Source: an uncultured virus (IMG/VR IMGVR_UViG_3300001605_000013) (lineage: Duplodnaviria > Heunggongvirae > Uroviricota > Caudoviricetes). From it: a stretch of 64,000 bases of DNA. Shown here piece by piece: positions 62,917 to 64,000 of this stretch. The position numbers and the translations under genes are program-made. Location of the stretch: the IMG/VR virus record IMGVR_UViG_3300001605_000013, positions 1 through 64,000 of that record; one strand, written 5' to 3'. The notes under the pieces were generated by a model. It was not told the origin of the DNA and did not search any database. It was given only the letters and a program-made list of their open reading frames with translations. The first letter of the stretch is position 1. The number at the start of each line of letters is the position of its first letter.

Positions 62917-63124
62917 TTTGACAGAGATGGAGCAGATAGTTTCCTTTAGACCAGACCTTGAATGGGATGGCTGGAACGTTGTTCACTATAAGAAAAATAC
63001 ATCTGCTCAATTTGATAAAAAGGGAGCATATAAAAATGGTCAATGGTATAAGAGAACAGTTTATGCAATAACAGAAACTGGTTGGTCTATACCCAACTAT
63101 ATGGGGTTGAGAGATGACCTATAA
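62903..63124 (+). CDS. Hypothetical protein
   Basis: GGGAG RBS; LEWDGWNVV. Confidence 0.65.
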   Translation: MFVTSLTEMEQIVSFRPDLEWDGWNVVHYKKNTSAQFDKKGAYKNGQWYKRTVYAITETGWSIPNYMGLRDDL

Positions 63125-63398
63125 ATGGAAAGATGAGGCTAGATGCCTTGGAATGGATACCAATATATTCTTTGATAAATATGAAGAAGATCAGGCAATT
63201 GCTGCAAGAATAGATAGTTTTTGCAGGGAGTGCCCAGTAAGAAAGCAGTGCTTTGCTGTCGGAGTCTCAAATAAAGAATGGGGAGTCTGGGGTGGTGTTT
63301 ATTTAAAAGAGGGAAATATCGACAGGGAGTTCAACCAGCATAAGACCAAGCAGTCGTGGTTTGATACTTGGCAGTCTTTGACTATGGAGGTAGAATGA
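63114..63398 (+). CDS. whiB: WhiB-family Fe-S transcription factor
   Basis: W...ARC.......FF, CRECPVRKQC, EWGVWGG. Confidence 0.92.
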   Translation: MTYKWKDEARCLGMDTNIFFDKYEEDQAIAARIDSFCRECPVRKQCFAVGVSNKEWGVWGGVYLKEGNIDREFNQHKTKQSWFDTWQSLTMEVE

Positions 63399-63658
63399 TA
63401 TATACACCTAAAATGAAAAAAGAGGTTCACTCAGTTCCAGTCCCTGTTGATTTTGTTATGGATGTTGTAGAATATGAAATGTATCCACCATACATTGGGT
63501 TAAGATTCTATGAGAGTCATTGGAGACATCTAAACGATAATGAAAGACTTAAATGTATCTGGTATATGCAAAGAGTAAAGAACATTATCGAATCTCACGG
63601 AGTTTCCGTCACACTCGATCCAGTATATGACGTTCCTGGAGGACAAAAGCTAGGATGA
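63395..63658 (+). CDS. Hypothetical protein
   Basis: GGAGG RBS, ATGA overlap at 63395. Confidence 0.65.
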   Translation: MIYTPKMKKEVHSVPVPVDFVMDVVEYEMYPPYIGLRFYESHWRHLNDNERLKCIWYMQRVKNIIESHGVSVTLDPVYDVPGGQKLG

Positions 63659-64000
63659 GTATTTTTATTTCCATTGCATCATACAAAGATACTGAATTAG
63701 TTCCAACAATAAAAAGCTTAATAAAAAATGCAGACAGACCACAAGATCTGTATTTTGGAATTGTTTCACAGGATGTCATTAGCAATCACCCAGATTTATC
63801 TTTTGTAAATAATCTATCATACTTAAAGATGGATTTTAGAGATGCCAGGGGTGCTGGATATGCAAGAAAGCTTGCAATGGAAATGTACAGAGAGGAAGAC
63901 TTTTACTTGCAGATAGACTCCCATATGCGATGCTCTGATGGATGGGATACAAAAATAAAAAACACATATCGTCAATCAGTTGAATTGTCAGGAACAGAAA
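63655..64000 (+). CDS. Glycosyltransferase, GlcNAc-transferase (Gnt1-like) family, truncated by window edge
   Basis: Manual translation: MSIFISIASYKDTELVPTI...ARGAGYARK...EDFYLQIDSHMR...WD. Confidence 0.8.
   Translation, partial: MSIFISIASYKDTELVPTIKSLIKNADRPQDLYFGIVSQDVISNHPDLSFVNNLSYLKMDFRDARGAGYARKLAMEMYREEDFYLQIDSHMRCSDGWDTKIKNTYRQSVELSGTE

Noticed and set aside
1..64000. Alternative genetic code
   Set aside because: TAA, TAG and TGA all end genes at sensible boundaries; breaks are frame changes, not in-frame stops.

Overview
A 64-kb segment of a large, AT-rich tailed dsDNA phage (siphovirus-like morphogenesis) that most likely infects an actinobacterium (WhiB, Rpf-like transglycosylase, many leaderless genes). 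Almost all genes are on the + strand. Order: thyX and an endonuclease (- strand); tail fibre/adhesin cluster; class II RNR; portal, protease/scaffold, capsid, neck, tail tube, chaperones with a GGGAAAC -1 frameshift, tape measure and tail tip; replication/recombination module (DnaB, primase, SSB, DnaE, RecA, Cas4-like and RuvC-like nucleases); terminase; lysis; accessory genes (deaminase, WhiB, GlcNAc-transferase). The sequence has N bases and about a dozen apparent indel errors splitting genes. Top leads: (1) a C-terminal K-x(0-1)-[LI]-W-x-G-x(1-2)-F motif shared by the scaffold and two distant accessory proteins, suggesting a capsid cargo-loading tag with K|S/A processing sites; (2) a ~110-nt multi-stem RNA with loop-loop complementarity between ssb and dnaE; (3) three fibres with the same C-terminal motif plus one Gly-rich adhesin; (4) a genome-wide extended -10/leaderless promoter design, often fused to GTAG/CTAC hairpins. 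All family assignments are from motif recognition, not database searches.
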